DNA of 54,076 nt from Candidatus Poseidoniaceae archaeon. Its GTDB lineage: Archaea > Thermoplasmatota > Poseidoniia > Poseidoniales > Poseidoniaceae. Below are positions 17,829-26,348 of the stretch, piece after piece. Below the pieces are notes generated by a model that was given only the letters and a program-made list of their open reading frames with translations, had not been told where the DNA came from and did not search any database. Location: the NCBI GenBank assembly GCA_049623485.1, contig JBMZTB010000003.1, positions 1-54,076 on the forward strand, given 5' to 3'. How positions within the stretch are numbered: position 1 is the first letter of the stretch; the number at the start of each line of letters is the position of its first letter. The position numbers were made by a program, and so were the translations under genes.

Positions 17829-19187
17829 TCACGAAAACATTTCATCCAAAAGCCAGTCTGGATTGAATTGAAGAAGATCATCGTAACCTTGGCCAACACC
17901 TGCGAAGACGATTGGTCTTCCTGTAGCGAAGGCAATAGAAAGACCCGCTCCACCTTTAGCATCCGTATCCATTTTGGAAAGGACTGCTCCATCGAATTTC
18001 ATCATTTCTTGGAACATCTTTGCCTGATCAACTGCATCATTTCCTGCCAAAGCATCGCCTACGAACAATACGAGATGAGGGTCTGCAACCCTTCGAACCT
18101 TTTCCAATTCTTTCATCAGATTGGTTTTGTTTTGCATTCGACCTGCAGTATCGACAAGGACGACATCGATTCCTTTTGCCTTTGCAGATTCGATCGCATC
18201 ACGGGCAATTGCCGCAGCATCGCCACCACGCTGACTTGAGATGCAACGAATTCCCAAATTTTCACAATGAGACTCGAGTTGTTGAATTGCTCCTGCACGG
18301 AACGTATCGCCTGCAGCTGCAATGACTGAATGGCCATTCGACTGAAGGCGGTGTGCAATCTTTGCAGCCGTTGTTGTTTTCCCAGTTCCATTGACGCCAA
18401 CCAACATGACCACGACAGGTGCATCTCCAGCATCTAAGTAAGATTGGACCGAGGCATCAAAATCCCAATATCCTGCAGCAAGAAGATTGCGCAATGCTCG
18501 CTTTAGGGCAGCCTCGAGAACCTTTGCAAGTTCTGCACCTCTACGAAGTCGTGCACCGACAAGGCTCTTCCTTAGTGCAGATAGTACTGAAGTGACCGCT
18601 TCACTTGAGATGTCAGATTCGAGAAGCATCCATTCCAATTCTTCAAGAAGATCGTCGAGAACTTTTCCTTGCTTGATGACGCGTCCGCCTTGAGAGACAA
18701 TACCGCCACCGAGATCGATTGAAACTGAGCCGGATTCTGTTTCAATCTCGGCTTTTTCAGTCGAACCTTTTGGAGCTGTTTTTACTTCAACAAGTTGACG
18801 TCCTGTTGTTGTCCTCATCATTGAAAGATCGACGCGAGATCCTTGTGGCTTGGCAACATCAGTCGCCTTTCTTCGGCGCAATTCCTTTTCCCTTTGTTTC
18901 TCCAATTTTTCCAAACGCTTTCGCTCTTTTTTGGAAAGTTGGCGTGGCAATTCTATCTCATCTTCTTCTTCGTCCCAATCATCCCATTCATCTTCAGAAT
19001 CAGTCGGTTCTGGTGGAAGTTCTTCAGGTTCAGAAATGGGTTCATCTTCCCAATCTTCCTCAATCTTTGTCGCAGTTTGAAGAGCGGCTTGCCCTTCCTC
19101 AGAGTCCTCAGTTGCAGTCAACTCTTCCGAATCAACTTCTTCAGCAACTTCTTGAACACGACGTTTGAATCGATCAAACAAGCCCAT
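17829..19187 (-). CDS. ftsY: Signal recognition particle receptor FtsY
   Basis: NG domain with 'LVGVNGTGKTTTAAK', 'LVDTAGRMQ' and 'LSKMDTDAKGG'. The charged N-terminal A-domain is rich in E/D/K/R. Confidence 0.92.
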   Translation of the reverse strand: MGLFDRFKRRVQEVAEEVDSEELTATEDSEEGQAALQTATKIEEDWEDEPISEPEELPPEPTDSEDEWDDWDEEEDEIELPRQLSKKERKRLEKLEKQREKELRRRKATDVAKPQGSRVDLSMMRTTTGRQLVEVKTAPKGSTEKAEIETESGSVSIDLGGGIVSQGGRVIKQGKVLDDLLEELEWMLLESDISSEAVTSVLSALRKSLVGARLRRGAELAKVLEAALKRALRNLLAAGYWDFDASVQSYLDAGDAPVVVMLVGVNGTGKTTTAAKIAHRLQSNGHSVIAAAGDTFRAGAIQQLESHCENLGIRCISSQRGGDAAAIARDAIESAKAKGIDVVLVDTAGRMQNKTNLMKELEKVRRVADPHLVLFVGDALAGNDAVDQAKMFQEMMKFDGAVLSKMDTDAKGGAGLSIAFATGRPIVFAGVGQGYDDLLQFNPDWLLDEMFS

Positions 19188-19195
19188 AGTCTCAC

Positions 19196-19771
19196 CTAAT
19201 CATCCAGTGTTAGTTCATTACCAAACATTCCACCGCGACGGCGATTTGGTTTTGAACTGGGTGTTTCCTCTGGTTCAGCTTGGGTTTGTTCAACCTCTTG
19301 TTCAACTGGTTGTTCAACTGGTTGTTCAACAATAGGGATCTGCTGTTGTTCCTGCGCCGCTGCTGCTTGTGTGAATGTCTTAGCAAGAGATGAAATTGTT
19401 GCTTCAAGTTGTTTGCTTTGTGATTGAAGGTTTTCTAAAAGAGAACCTAGTTCTTCCATTCGCTCTCTTGTCATTGAGGCGGCATCTGACCATGTTCGCT
19501 CACCAAAGATTCCACTTCCTAAGTCGATGATAGCAGTTCCTTCCCCACCACCTGGGTGTTGGCAACTGAGCGTTACACCAGCGCCGATAGATACGTGCAT
19601 TTTCATTTTGGAATCATGATTCTTACTCGAAAGAGTTTCGAGAATTGTTGCGGTGACATCGTGTTCTCCAAGTACATTGAGCACTTGTTCAACGCGCTCT
19701 TGGACTTCGTGATAACGTTCACGATTCATTTCCACGAGTCGTGCAGTTTGTTGAAGTTCGGTCTGTTCCAA
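19196..19771 (-). CDS. pfdA: Prefoldin alpha subunit with a ~50-aa low-complexity C-terminal extension
   Basis: Coiled-coil / beta-hairpin / coiled-coil layout ('VSIGAGVTLSCQ...AIIDLGSGIFGE'). Its position between the LX and ftsY genes is classic archaeal synteny. Confidence 0.75.
   Translation of the reverse strand: MEQTELQQTARLVEMNRERYHEVQERVEQVLNVLGEHDVTATILETLSSKNHDSKMKMHVSIGAGVTLSCQHPGGGEGTAIIDLGSGIFGERTWSDAASMTRERMEELGSLLENLQSQSKQLEATISSLAKTFTQAAAAQEQQQIPIVEQPVEQPVEQEVEQTQAEPEETPSSKPNRRRGGMFGNELTLDD
19286..19333 (-). repeat. Four tandem 12-nt units inside the pfdA 3' region
   Basis: Plus strand reads TTGTTCAACCTC TTGTTCAACTGG TTGTTCAACTGG TTGTTCAACAAT. It encodes (I/P/E)VEQ x4. Confidence 0.9.
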
Positions 19772-19827
19772 TGTATCGCCCCGTCATAGCCTAGAGGGGG
19801 TCATTGATGAATGCGGCGATGTGCCTT

Positions 19828-20100
19828 TCACTCTTCTTCAGCCGTAGGTGCGATTTTTCCACCCTCTGCCGCAATTTGGTCACGGAAATGGTGTAGAACT
19901 GCCGGTTCGGTCGATGTTCGAGGATCGATTTCACCGACAGAGGCGATGTTAATTGAACGTCTGGTTGCCTTGTGGCGAGAACCAATAATCGAGTATGCTC
20001 GGTGTTCAGCATCGTCTTTTGAATTTGCAACGATGTCGAGAGAGAACTTTTGTCTCATTCTTCCAAAGGGGGCTTGTCCAGCAACACGGTAGGCCTTCAT
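19828..20100 (-). CDS. rpl18a: 50S ribosomal protein L18Ae / LX (eL20)
   Basis: 'MKAYRVAGQAPFGRMRQKFSLDIVANSKDDAEHRAYSIIGSRHKATRRSINIASVGEI' matches the archaeal LX pattern. The gene lies upstream of pfdA/ftsY. Confidence 0.8.
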   Translation of the reverse strand: MKAYRVAGQAPFGRMRQKFSLDIVANSKDDAEHRAYSIIGSRHKATRRSINIASVGEIDPRTSTEPAVLHHFRDQIAAEGGKIAPTAEEE

Positions 20101-20196
20101 GGTTCATCGCGACTGGTTGATTGATTTAAACGCGATGGTCGTCTTGTCAAACGGCTCATCGCGTGTTTCATCAACGATGAGGAGGTCCCTAACGTT

Positions 20197-23058
20197 GTGC
20201 GAAGCGCTTTTCTTCTTGTCTTCCTCTTGGCTGCACCGCTCTCAATGGTGCACGAACAAGGTCCTATCGAACTTGAAGGGGAGGAAGTATTGCTTACGCT
20301 ACCTGGTGGTGAACTGTGGACGCAAACGGCATGGGAAGAGGCGATTCAACGAGGATATATTCCTCTGAGAATTGTGTCTCCAACTGAACTCGTTGCATGG
20401 AAACTCGAACGAGCGTACCAATCATTCTACGGAATTGAATCTGAAAATGAACCAGCCCATTGGCAATCAGTTCCCATGAAAGGACAATCTGTTGCTCTTG
20501 TTTTCGAACCAAATTTACCCGAGCAAATTCAACAAGATATCATTGATCGAATCGCGGAGCGAATCGATATTTCAATTCTCCACCTTGCCTATGATGCTGT
20601 TTTACCTCATGTTACAATCGAATGGAATGAAGTTTATTCAATCGAATGGTTTTCTGAAATAGACGGCCTTCTATGGCTGGAGCCCACCCTCGAAACTGTG
20701 AGTAGAAACCTCGAGAGTGCACTTCAACTCTCATCACCAAATTCTGATTTTGATTCTCCACTTGCTTGGGAATTGGGATTAAATGGAAGTGGGGTTGTCG
20801 TAGGCATCGCTGATTCTGGAATCGATGCCGATCACTCCTGCTTTAGGAACCTAACAAGCGATAGCACTGGAGATTCGCAACGTAAAATTCTGCACATCAA
20901 TACCACAATTGATGATTGGGATTCTCAAGGACACAGCGATTACCGACATGGGACCCACACTGCAGGTTCGATAGGTTGCCACCCCGTATCGACTGCGGAA
21001 GAATATCAAATTCCTTCTGCTGCTATGGCCCTTGGATATGGAACGAAACTTGTCGTACAAGACATCGTTTCACAGGAGGGTTGGCTCCCTCCAGATGTTG
21101 ATTATTTACTCCTCGAATCATCTGAATATGGGGCTGTCTTACATTCAGATTCTTGGGGAGATGATACGACAGAATACACACTTCGATCTGGTGATTTCGA
21201 TGCATTTACTCGGGAGTATCCCTGGTCGCTTCCTCTCATCGCTCCAGGAAATAACGGTGGAGAGGTCCTTGAGCCCGCAAACGCAAGGAATGTCATTGCT
21301 ATTGGAGCATCTACCAAAGATGATGACCCTAGACGTTGGGATTCATCCGTTCATGGTCCTACAGAAGCTGGTACTAGGGGCGTTTTCGCCCTTGCCCCTG
21401 GTGTTTCAATTACTTCCGCACGATCAGATGGTCAAAACAACACTTGGAATTCGGGGCATCACACCCTTAGCGGTACAAGTATGTCCACGCCAACCGCTGC
21501 TGGATTCGCCAGCATCTTAGAACAGATGGTGCGGGACGGTTGGTTCACAGGTCACAATGAATCATTAGTCAACATTGATTCTCGAACTCTTCAGCCATGG
21601 TTTTCAAACACCCCTTCATTCCAACATGACCTCCTTCTTGGGGAAGGGTTTACTCCCTCAGCGCCTCTTTTGAAGTCGCTTCTATCACTCTCAACAACTC
21701 CATTGTCGGAGGAATTCAGAAATGGGGGGATGGGCGGAGGTCTGTCTCCAAATTCCTACGATGGATGGGGGCGTTTGAACCTCTCAGAAGTGATTGATAT
21801 CGAAGAGGTTCAAAACGATTTGATGCAGGGGGATGTTCGCCCAATTGAAAATATATGGATTCATGATTCTTATCGATTGGAAAACGGGAGTCCGCTTGAT
21901 CTAATTCATCAGAGAAAAGGTGCCGATGAACCGCTCGAATCACTTCTGTCTATCCCGTGGGATGGGACAGAAGCGCAAGGCCCTTTTTTGGGAACTGGCG
22001 ATGTTTTTCAGCAGCGTTTTATTCTTCAACAGGGTCAAGATCTTGATATTCGCATGGCATTTCAAGCCAAGCCCGAACCCCACATGGTTGATGACTTACA
22101 ACTTCTCGTAAAATTACCAGATGGTAGATTTGCCGTTGGAGATACCTACAAAGAAAATGGATTTTCAATGTTGTATTATGATTTTGCAGATCCTTCGAAT
22201 ATGAGTGCATTTCCAAACTCAAATGAAACAACTGTTGGCGTCTCACTCTCTGCTGAAAGCTTAGATTCAAGTGATTGGGTTGATGTTTATGTTGTTGGAA
22301 GATACATAACCCCTGGGAATGTCCCTGATTCGATTGGTGTTGAAGGAAATAAGGTTGGTTTTGGAATGGCAATTCAAGGCGTCGTCCTCGACCCTGTGGG
22401 GCACACAGACGCCGATAATGATGGAGTGCCCTATGAGAGTGATTTGTGCCCATTCACAGACGCTAGTTCTTGGGACGTGGATCAGGATGGTTGCATCGAT
22501 GACAGCGATGACGATGGTGTTGTCGATTCAATAGACGACTGCCTCGGCACAATGAAGGAAACCCCAGTTCAAGAAAACGGGTGTATGGAGACAAATAGTG
22601 TCCCGCAAATCTTCTTTGATTCATCTCAATTACAAAATCACAATAATACAACAATTCCTTTGACATTCTCTGTTCTTGATGAGGATATTGTTGATGTTAC
22701 TATCATCCTCGAACGCTCAAATGATTCAACGATTGTTGTGGATATCTGTTCAGTTGTTATCGAGAATGATTCATGGCAAACCTGTAATGTCGTTGTTGCG
22801 GATGCCTTTTTCCCACTCTCTCCAAATGGTGAATGGGTGGTTGTCATTCAAGCCTTTGATCGCAATACAAGCTGGTGGACTGAAGCGGAATCGAATCTGA
22901 TTAAATCCCCTGCGTTTACAATCGAAAAATATGAAATCAGCCAGATTGATGCAAAGGAGCCTTCTGGGTGGTTTTTGACATCGATTTTGTCAATCCTTGT
23001 TCTTTCGCTCCTTCTTTCTGTATTTTTCCAGATTTTGACCCGTGAAAAGGTTGACTGA
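20197..23058 (+). CDS. Secreted subtilisin-like (S8) serine protease with thrombospondin-type-3-like Ca-binding repeats and a C-terminal TM anchor
   Basis: Catalytic triad contexts are 'VGIADSGIDADH', 'HGTHTAGS' and 'SGTSMSTPTAAG'. 'DADNDGVPYESDLCP...DVDQDGCIDDSDDDGVVDSIDDC' forms the repeats. GTG start follows GAGGAGGT, with signal peptide 'AFLLVFLLAAPLSMV' and C-terminal 'WFLTSILSILVLSLLLSVFF'. Confidence 0.88.
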   Translation: MRSAFLLVFLLAAPLSMVHEQGPIELEGEEVLLTLPGGELWTQTAWEEAIQRGYIPLRIVSPTELVAWKLERAYQSFYGIESENEPAHWQSVPMKGQSVALVFEPNLPEQIQQDIIDRIAERIDISILHLAYDAVLPHVTIEWNEVYSIEWFSEIDGLLWLEPTLETVSRNLESALQLSSPNSDFDSPLAWELGLNGSGVVVGIADSGIDADHSCFRNLTSDSTGDSQRKILHINTTIDDWDSQGHSDYRHGTHTAGSIGCHPVSTAEEYQIPSAAMALGYGTKLVVQDIVSQEGWLPPDVDYLLLESSEYGAVLHSDSWGDDTTEYTLRSGDFDAFTREYPWSLPLIAPGNNGGEVLEPANARNVIAIGASTKDDDPRRWDSSVHGPTEAGTRGVFALAPGVSITSARSDGQNNTWNSGHHTLSGTSMSTPTAAGFASILEQMVRDGWFTGHNESLVNIDSRTLQPWFSNTPSFQHDLLLGEGFTPSAPLLKSLLSLSTTPLSEEFRNGGMGGGLSPNSYDGWGRLNLSEVIDIEEVQNDLMQGDVRPIENIWIHDSYRLENGSPLDLIHQRKGADEPLESLLSIPWDGTEAQGPFLGTGDVFQQRFILQQGQDLDIRMAFQAKPEPHMVDDLQLLVKLPDGRFAVGDTYKENGFSMLYYDFADPSNMSAFPNSNETTVGVSLSAESLDSSDWVDVYVVGRYITPGNVPDSIGVEGNKVGFGMAIQGVVLDPVGHTDADNDGVPYESDLCPFTDASSWDVDQDGCIDDSDDDGVVDSIDDCLGTMKETPVQENGCMETNSVPQIFFDSSQLQNHNNTTIPLTFSVLDEDIVDVTIILERSNDSTIVVDICSVVIENDSWQTCNVVVADAFFPLSPNGEWVVVIQAFDRNTSWWTEAESNLIKSPAFTIEKYEISQIDAKEPSGWFLTSILSILVLSLLLSVFFQILTREKVD

Positions 23059-23145
23059 ATTGGTTTTTATCGTGTAAAATTTCCTTGAGAGCGGAGGGCT
23101 ATATTGAAACCGTATGGCATCCACGCCTGTATATCCGAGAAGGTG

Positions 23146-24156
23146 ATGATGATGAGTGAGCGATTATATGTTGGAATTGATTTAGGAACCTTTCAATCGA
23201 CAATTGCATCCAGTGCGGGTGCCATGCATTCTATTGAGACAGTTGTAGGACGACCAAAAGACCCAGTTGCTCGCAACTTCTTGAAGCGTGATGTTCTCTT
23301 CGGAGCAGATGCGTTGAAGAACAAACTTGCTTGCAACCTATACCGTCCTATGGCTGCTGGTGTTGCACAAGATGATGAAGCAAACCTGGCTGCTGCTAAG
23401 GCATTCGTTTCCCACCTCATCGAAACAGTAGATCCTGAAGAGTTCGACGAAGTATTCGGAGTAATTTGCTCTCCAAGCCACGTTTCATTTACTGACAAGA
23501 GCAACCTTGTTGCTACGCTACGCGGTCAAGTCAACGCAATTATGGTCGTTACAGAACCATTTGCAACTGCATTTGGAATCGGCGAAATTGGCGGTTCAAT
23601 CGTTGTTGACGTAGGAGCAGGTACAACTGACATCGCCCGCATCCACGGTACATTCCCAACCGATGAAGATCAAGTTACAATTCAAGAGGCTGGAGACTGG
23701 CTCGATATTGAACTCATGACTCTTATCTCAAAGAAATTCACTGGTGCTCAAATCACCAAGGACATGGTTCGAAAGTGGAAGGAAGAATCCTCCTATGTTG
23801 GAGGAGACACACGAACTGTTGAAGTCAATTTGAGTGTTGATGGAAAGAATCAAACCGTCGATATCGGTGATTTGATCCAAGAAGCTTGTGAACTCCTTAT
23901 TCCAAAGGTTGGAAACGCAATCAAGAGAATCGTTGCTGAAGCTGACCCTGAATACCAGCCAGTTCTACGAAACAACATCATTCTCTCCGGTGGAGGCTCC
24001 CTCATTGAAGGGCTTGCAGAGCGAGTCGCACGAGAGATTTCAGACATCGGTGACGTAAACGTCTGGTGTGTTGAAAACCCACTCGAAAAGGTTGCAGAAG
24101 GTGCTCTCATGCTTGCTGGCGAAATGCCTGATGACATGTACACCGCAATCAACTGA
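23146..24156 (+). CDS. Actin-fold cytomotive ATPase, MamK-like (MreB/MamK clade)
   Basis: Phosphate-1 'LYVGIDLGT', 'VVGRPKD', 'VVTEPFATAFG', phosphate-2 'IVVDVGAGTTDI', 'GTFPTDEDQVTIQEAGDWLD', 'PEYQ', adenosine 'ILSGGGSLIEGLA' and 'GDVNVWCVENP'. Each has a near-identical counterpart in MamK as I recall it. The ORF-track start at 23104 is TTG; the ATG run at 23146-23154 follows AAGGTGA. Confidence 0.75.
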   Translation: MMMSERLYVGIDLGTFQSTIASSAGAMHSIETVVGRPKDPVARNFLKRDVLFGADALKNKLACNLYRPMAAGVAQDDEANLAAAKAFVSHLIETVDPEEFDEVFGVICSPSHVSFTDKSNLVATLRGQVNAIMVVTEPFATAFGIGEIGGSIVVDVGAGTTDIARIHGTFPTDEDQVTIQEAGDWLDIELMTLISKKFTGAQITKDMVRKWKEESSYVGGDTRTVEVNLSVDGKNQTVDIGDLIQEACELLIPKVGNAIKRIVAEADPEYQPVLRNNIILSGGGSLIEGLAERVAREISDIGDVNVWCVENPLEKVAEGALMLAGEMPDDMYTAIN

Positions 24157-24248
24157 TTCGGTTCGTCGTTTTCACCTTAAAATCGGGGCTATTTGCCCTT
24201 CTTTGACAGGGAAGGTTCAAGAGTGGTTGTGTCTCGATAGGGTACTGT

Positions 24249-25523
24249 ATGACGCTCGGCGCTGCAAATTCAGGCTCCAACCATGGACAATCCTCTGGGA
24301 ACGACCGAGCTGCGCTTGAAGGTATGCTCAAAGGGTACCCAATCGAGCAACTCGTCGAAGAAGTTCTCATCGCTTGGGATGAATTAGGACGTCGAAATGA
24401 GGAGGTTGTTACACTCAAGCAACGCCTCCGTGTCTTGGAACTCGATCTTGCTGAGCGAGAGGATGATGTCGCTCCTGAAATCCAACGTCTGCACCAAGCA
24501 GATGAACAATTGAAAGAAGCAGATGCTCGAATAGTCCATCTTGAACGTTTGCTCAATGATAGTCGGGCTGAACTCGATGCTCAAGCATCATCTCTCTCCA
24601 AAGAACAACAAGACGCCCTTCACGAAGAGGTTGCTCAATTACGAGATCTTAGCGTATCTCAAGATGATGTTATTTCTGAGATGGAAGGACGAATGGGTTT
24701 GATGGTCGAGGCTTTGGAAAAAGCAGCGGACGCTGGTCTTACTTCTGTTACCGCCGACGAGGTTCGTTCGCTCAAGAACAAACTGGACGAACAAACAGCA
24801 CATTACGAAGCGGAAGTTGCTGCAAACAATGCCCTTGAAGAAGAGCGACAGCGGCTAAGAGACATCGCAGATCGTATGCGTGGATTACTTGATGCTCGAG
24901 ACCAACGTTTGGCAGACCTCGAAGAGCAACTCGAGCGTGTGATGCAAGGTCCTCGCTCTGTCTCTGCAGAGCACGATTATTTAGTTGAGCAAATCGAAGA
25001 AATGAAACGTCGTTTGCTTGAAAGAAACCGTGAATATGAATCTCTACGACGTCGCGAACGCCGACTCCACACTGATGTCTTTGAGCGAGATGAGCGTATT
25101 CAACAGATGTCGCTCACAATCACTGATCTTGAGGCTGCACTCACAGACCGTGTTGCTGAGATAAGAGAATTAGAATCACAAAATCACGTTGCTATGCAAG
25201 AAGTTGATAGCGTTCGTAGAGGCGAGCGCACTCGTGAAGTTGTGGGACGAGTCTTTGCAGATTCCCTTTCATTGGTTCGCGGCCACGATGCCAGAGAAGC
25301 GAAGAGAGAAGCATATGCAAACTCTCCTGACGTAAAGCGAACTCTTTCAACACCTTCTGCGGAAGATATGCAACACCTCGCAGAAGGAGGGCGTGTGCAA
25401 CTCGATGTTGATGAAGACGAACTCCAGAGTGGAATGGATGTTGATGAGGCAAGACCACCGTCACCAGGTGGAAGCGGTGATCCTGTACTCTTTGATGAAG
25501 AATCAGAGAGCGCTGATGAGTGA
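24249..25523 (+). CDS. Acidic coiled-coil protein, hypothetical (424 aa)
   Basis: Heptad-like E/R/L/Q-rich sequence runs through most of the length (e.g. 'LKQRLRVLELDLAEREDD', 'LADLEEQLERVMQG', 'ITDLEAALTDRVAEIRELESQ'). The C-terminal tail is acidic ('DEDELQSGMDVDE...FDEESESADE'). No TM segment. Confidence 0.65.
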   Translation: MTLGAANSGSNHGQSSGNDRAALEGMLKGYPIEQLVEEVLIAWDELGRRNEEVVTLKQRLRVLELDLAEREDDVAPEIQRLHQADEQLKEADARIVHLERLLNDSRAELDAQASSLSKEQQDALHEEVAQLRDLSVSQDDVISEMEGRMGLMVEALEKAADAGLTSVTADEVRSLKNKLDEQTAHYEAEVAANNALEEERQRLRDIADRMRGLLDARDQRLADLEEQLERVMQGPRSVSAEHDYLVEQIEEMKRRLLERNREYESLRRRERRLHTDVFERDERIQQMSLTITDLEAALTDRVAEIRELESQNHVAMQEVDSVRRGERTREVVGRVFADSLSLVRGHDAREAKREAYANSPDVKRTLSTPSAEDMQHLAEGGRVQLDVDEDELQSGMDVDEARPPSPGGSGDPVLFDEESESADE

Positions 25524-26300
25524 GTGCAATTGCTCTCTCAAACTATCGAGTGAATCGTGTTCTTCAGTAATTGTTCCAGTAACAATGTAATCTGCACCAG
25601 CGTTGGCTGCTGCCAAGAGTTGTTCTGATGTTCGAATCCCTCCGCCTACAATGAGTGTGCACTTGCTCGATGCCTTTGCGGCCTGAATGAGTTCGGTGTG
25701 AACAGGAACTGATGCACCTGAACCTGCTTCGAGATAGATCGTTGAGAACCCATACATTTCGGCTGTCTTGCAATATGCAGATACAGCTTCTAAATCATCG
25801 GTTTGAATCAGGTCTGCATCCCCTACTTCTCCAACCTTTCCTCCTGGAGCGCATACGATGTAGCCGGTCGAGATTGGTTTGATTCCAAATTGATCAATCA
25901 TTGGTGCACCGGCGAGTTGCTCATCGATTAAAAATCGGCGAGAACGGCTGTTCATGAGCATCATGAAAAGAATTCCATCGGCGCTGCTTGACATTGCATG
26001 AGCGCCTCCTGGAAAAAGAATCACAGGCACGTTCCACATCTCTTCGTTTGCATCAGGATGTTGACTTGCAGCAAAGATTCGTAATTCTAAGGCCTCTTGA
26101 ATGGCTTGACATGTAGCATGAACAAGGTCATTCCCAGTGTTGGTCGATCCACCCACAAATATGGCTGAAGTACCACATTCGACTGCAACTAATGCTCTGT
26201 TAGCTGCTACATCCGGCGATTGTTTATCTGGATCAATGAGTGTAATATGTCTCGTTTTTCCAGATTGAGAAGGGAGCATGGGCGATTCATCTGTCCACAT
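25503..26300 (-). CDS. Geranylgeranylglyceryl phosphate synthase (GGGPS / PcrB family)
   Basis: 'HITLIDPDKQ', 'YLEAGSGA' and 'LIVGGGIRTSEQ' in a TIM-barrel pattern. The ATG at 26300 is preferred over the GTG at 26309. Confidence 0.85.
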   Translation of the reverse strand: MWTDESPMLPSQSGKTRHITLIDPDKQSPDVAANRALVAVECGTSAIFVGGSTNTGNDLVHATCQAIQEALELRIFAASQHPDANEEMWNVPVILFPGGAHAMSSSADGILFMMLMNSRSRRFLIDEQLAGAPMIDQFGIKPISTGYIVCAPGGKVGEVGDADLIQTDDLEAVSAYCKTAEMYGFSTIYLEAGSGASVPVHTELIQAAKASSKCTLIVGGGIRTSEQLLAAANAGADYIVTGTITEEHDSLDSLREQLHSLISAL

Positions 26301-26348
26301 TTTCAACACCCTCTACCTACCTGTAGGCGACGCGGTTGGTAAAGGATT

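Noticed and set aside
18719-19199. Overlapping plus-strand ORFs (149, 118 and 76 aa) opposite the ftsY 5' region
   Set aside because: They mirror the charged low-complexity A-domain of FtsY, giving Ser/Leu/Phe-rich nonsense. FtsY is unambiguous on the minus strand.
19791-20092. ORFs of 79 aa (minus strand) and 93 aa (plus strand) overlapping the L18Ae/LX gene
   Set aside because: The 90-aa LX reading frame has a clear family match and the expected synteny. The alternative ORFs have no motifs.
24149-24556. 135-aa minus-strand ORF spanning the actin / coiled-coil spacer
   Set aside because: It is antisense to the start of the coiled-coil gene, has an Arg/Ser-rich composition typical of the reverse frame of Glu/Leu-rich coding DNA, and shows no start context.
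20197-26309. Possibility that the MamK-like gene marks a magnetosome island
   Set aside because: No mamA/B/E/I/L/M/O/P/Q-like genes, CDF transporters or HtrA-type proteases are adjacent. The neighbours are an S8 protease and GGGP synthase.
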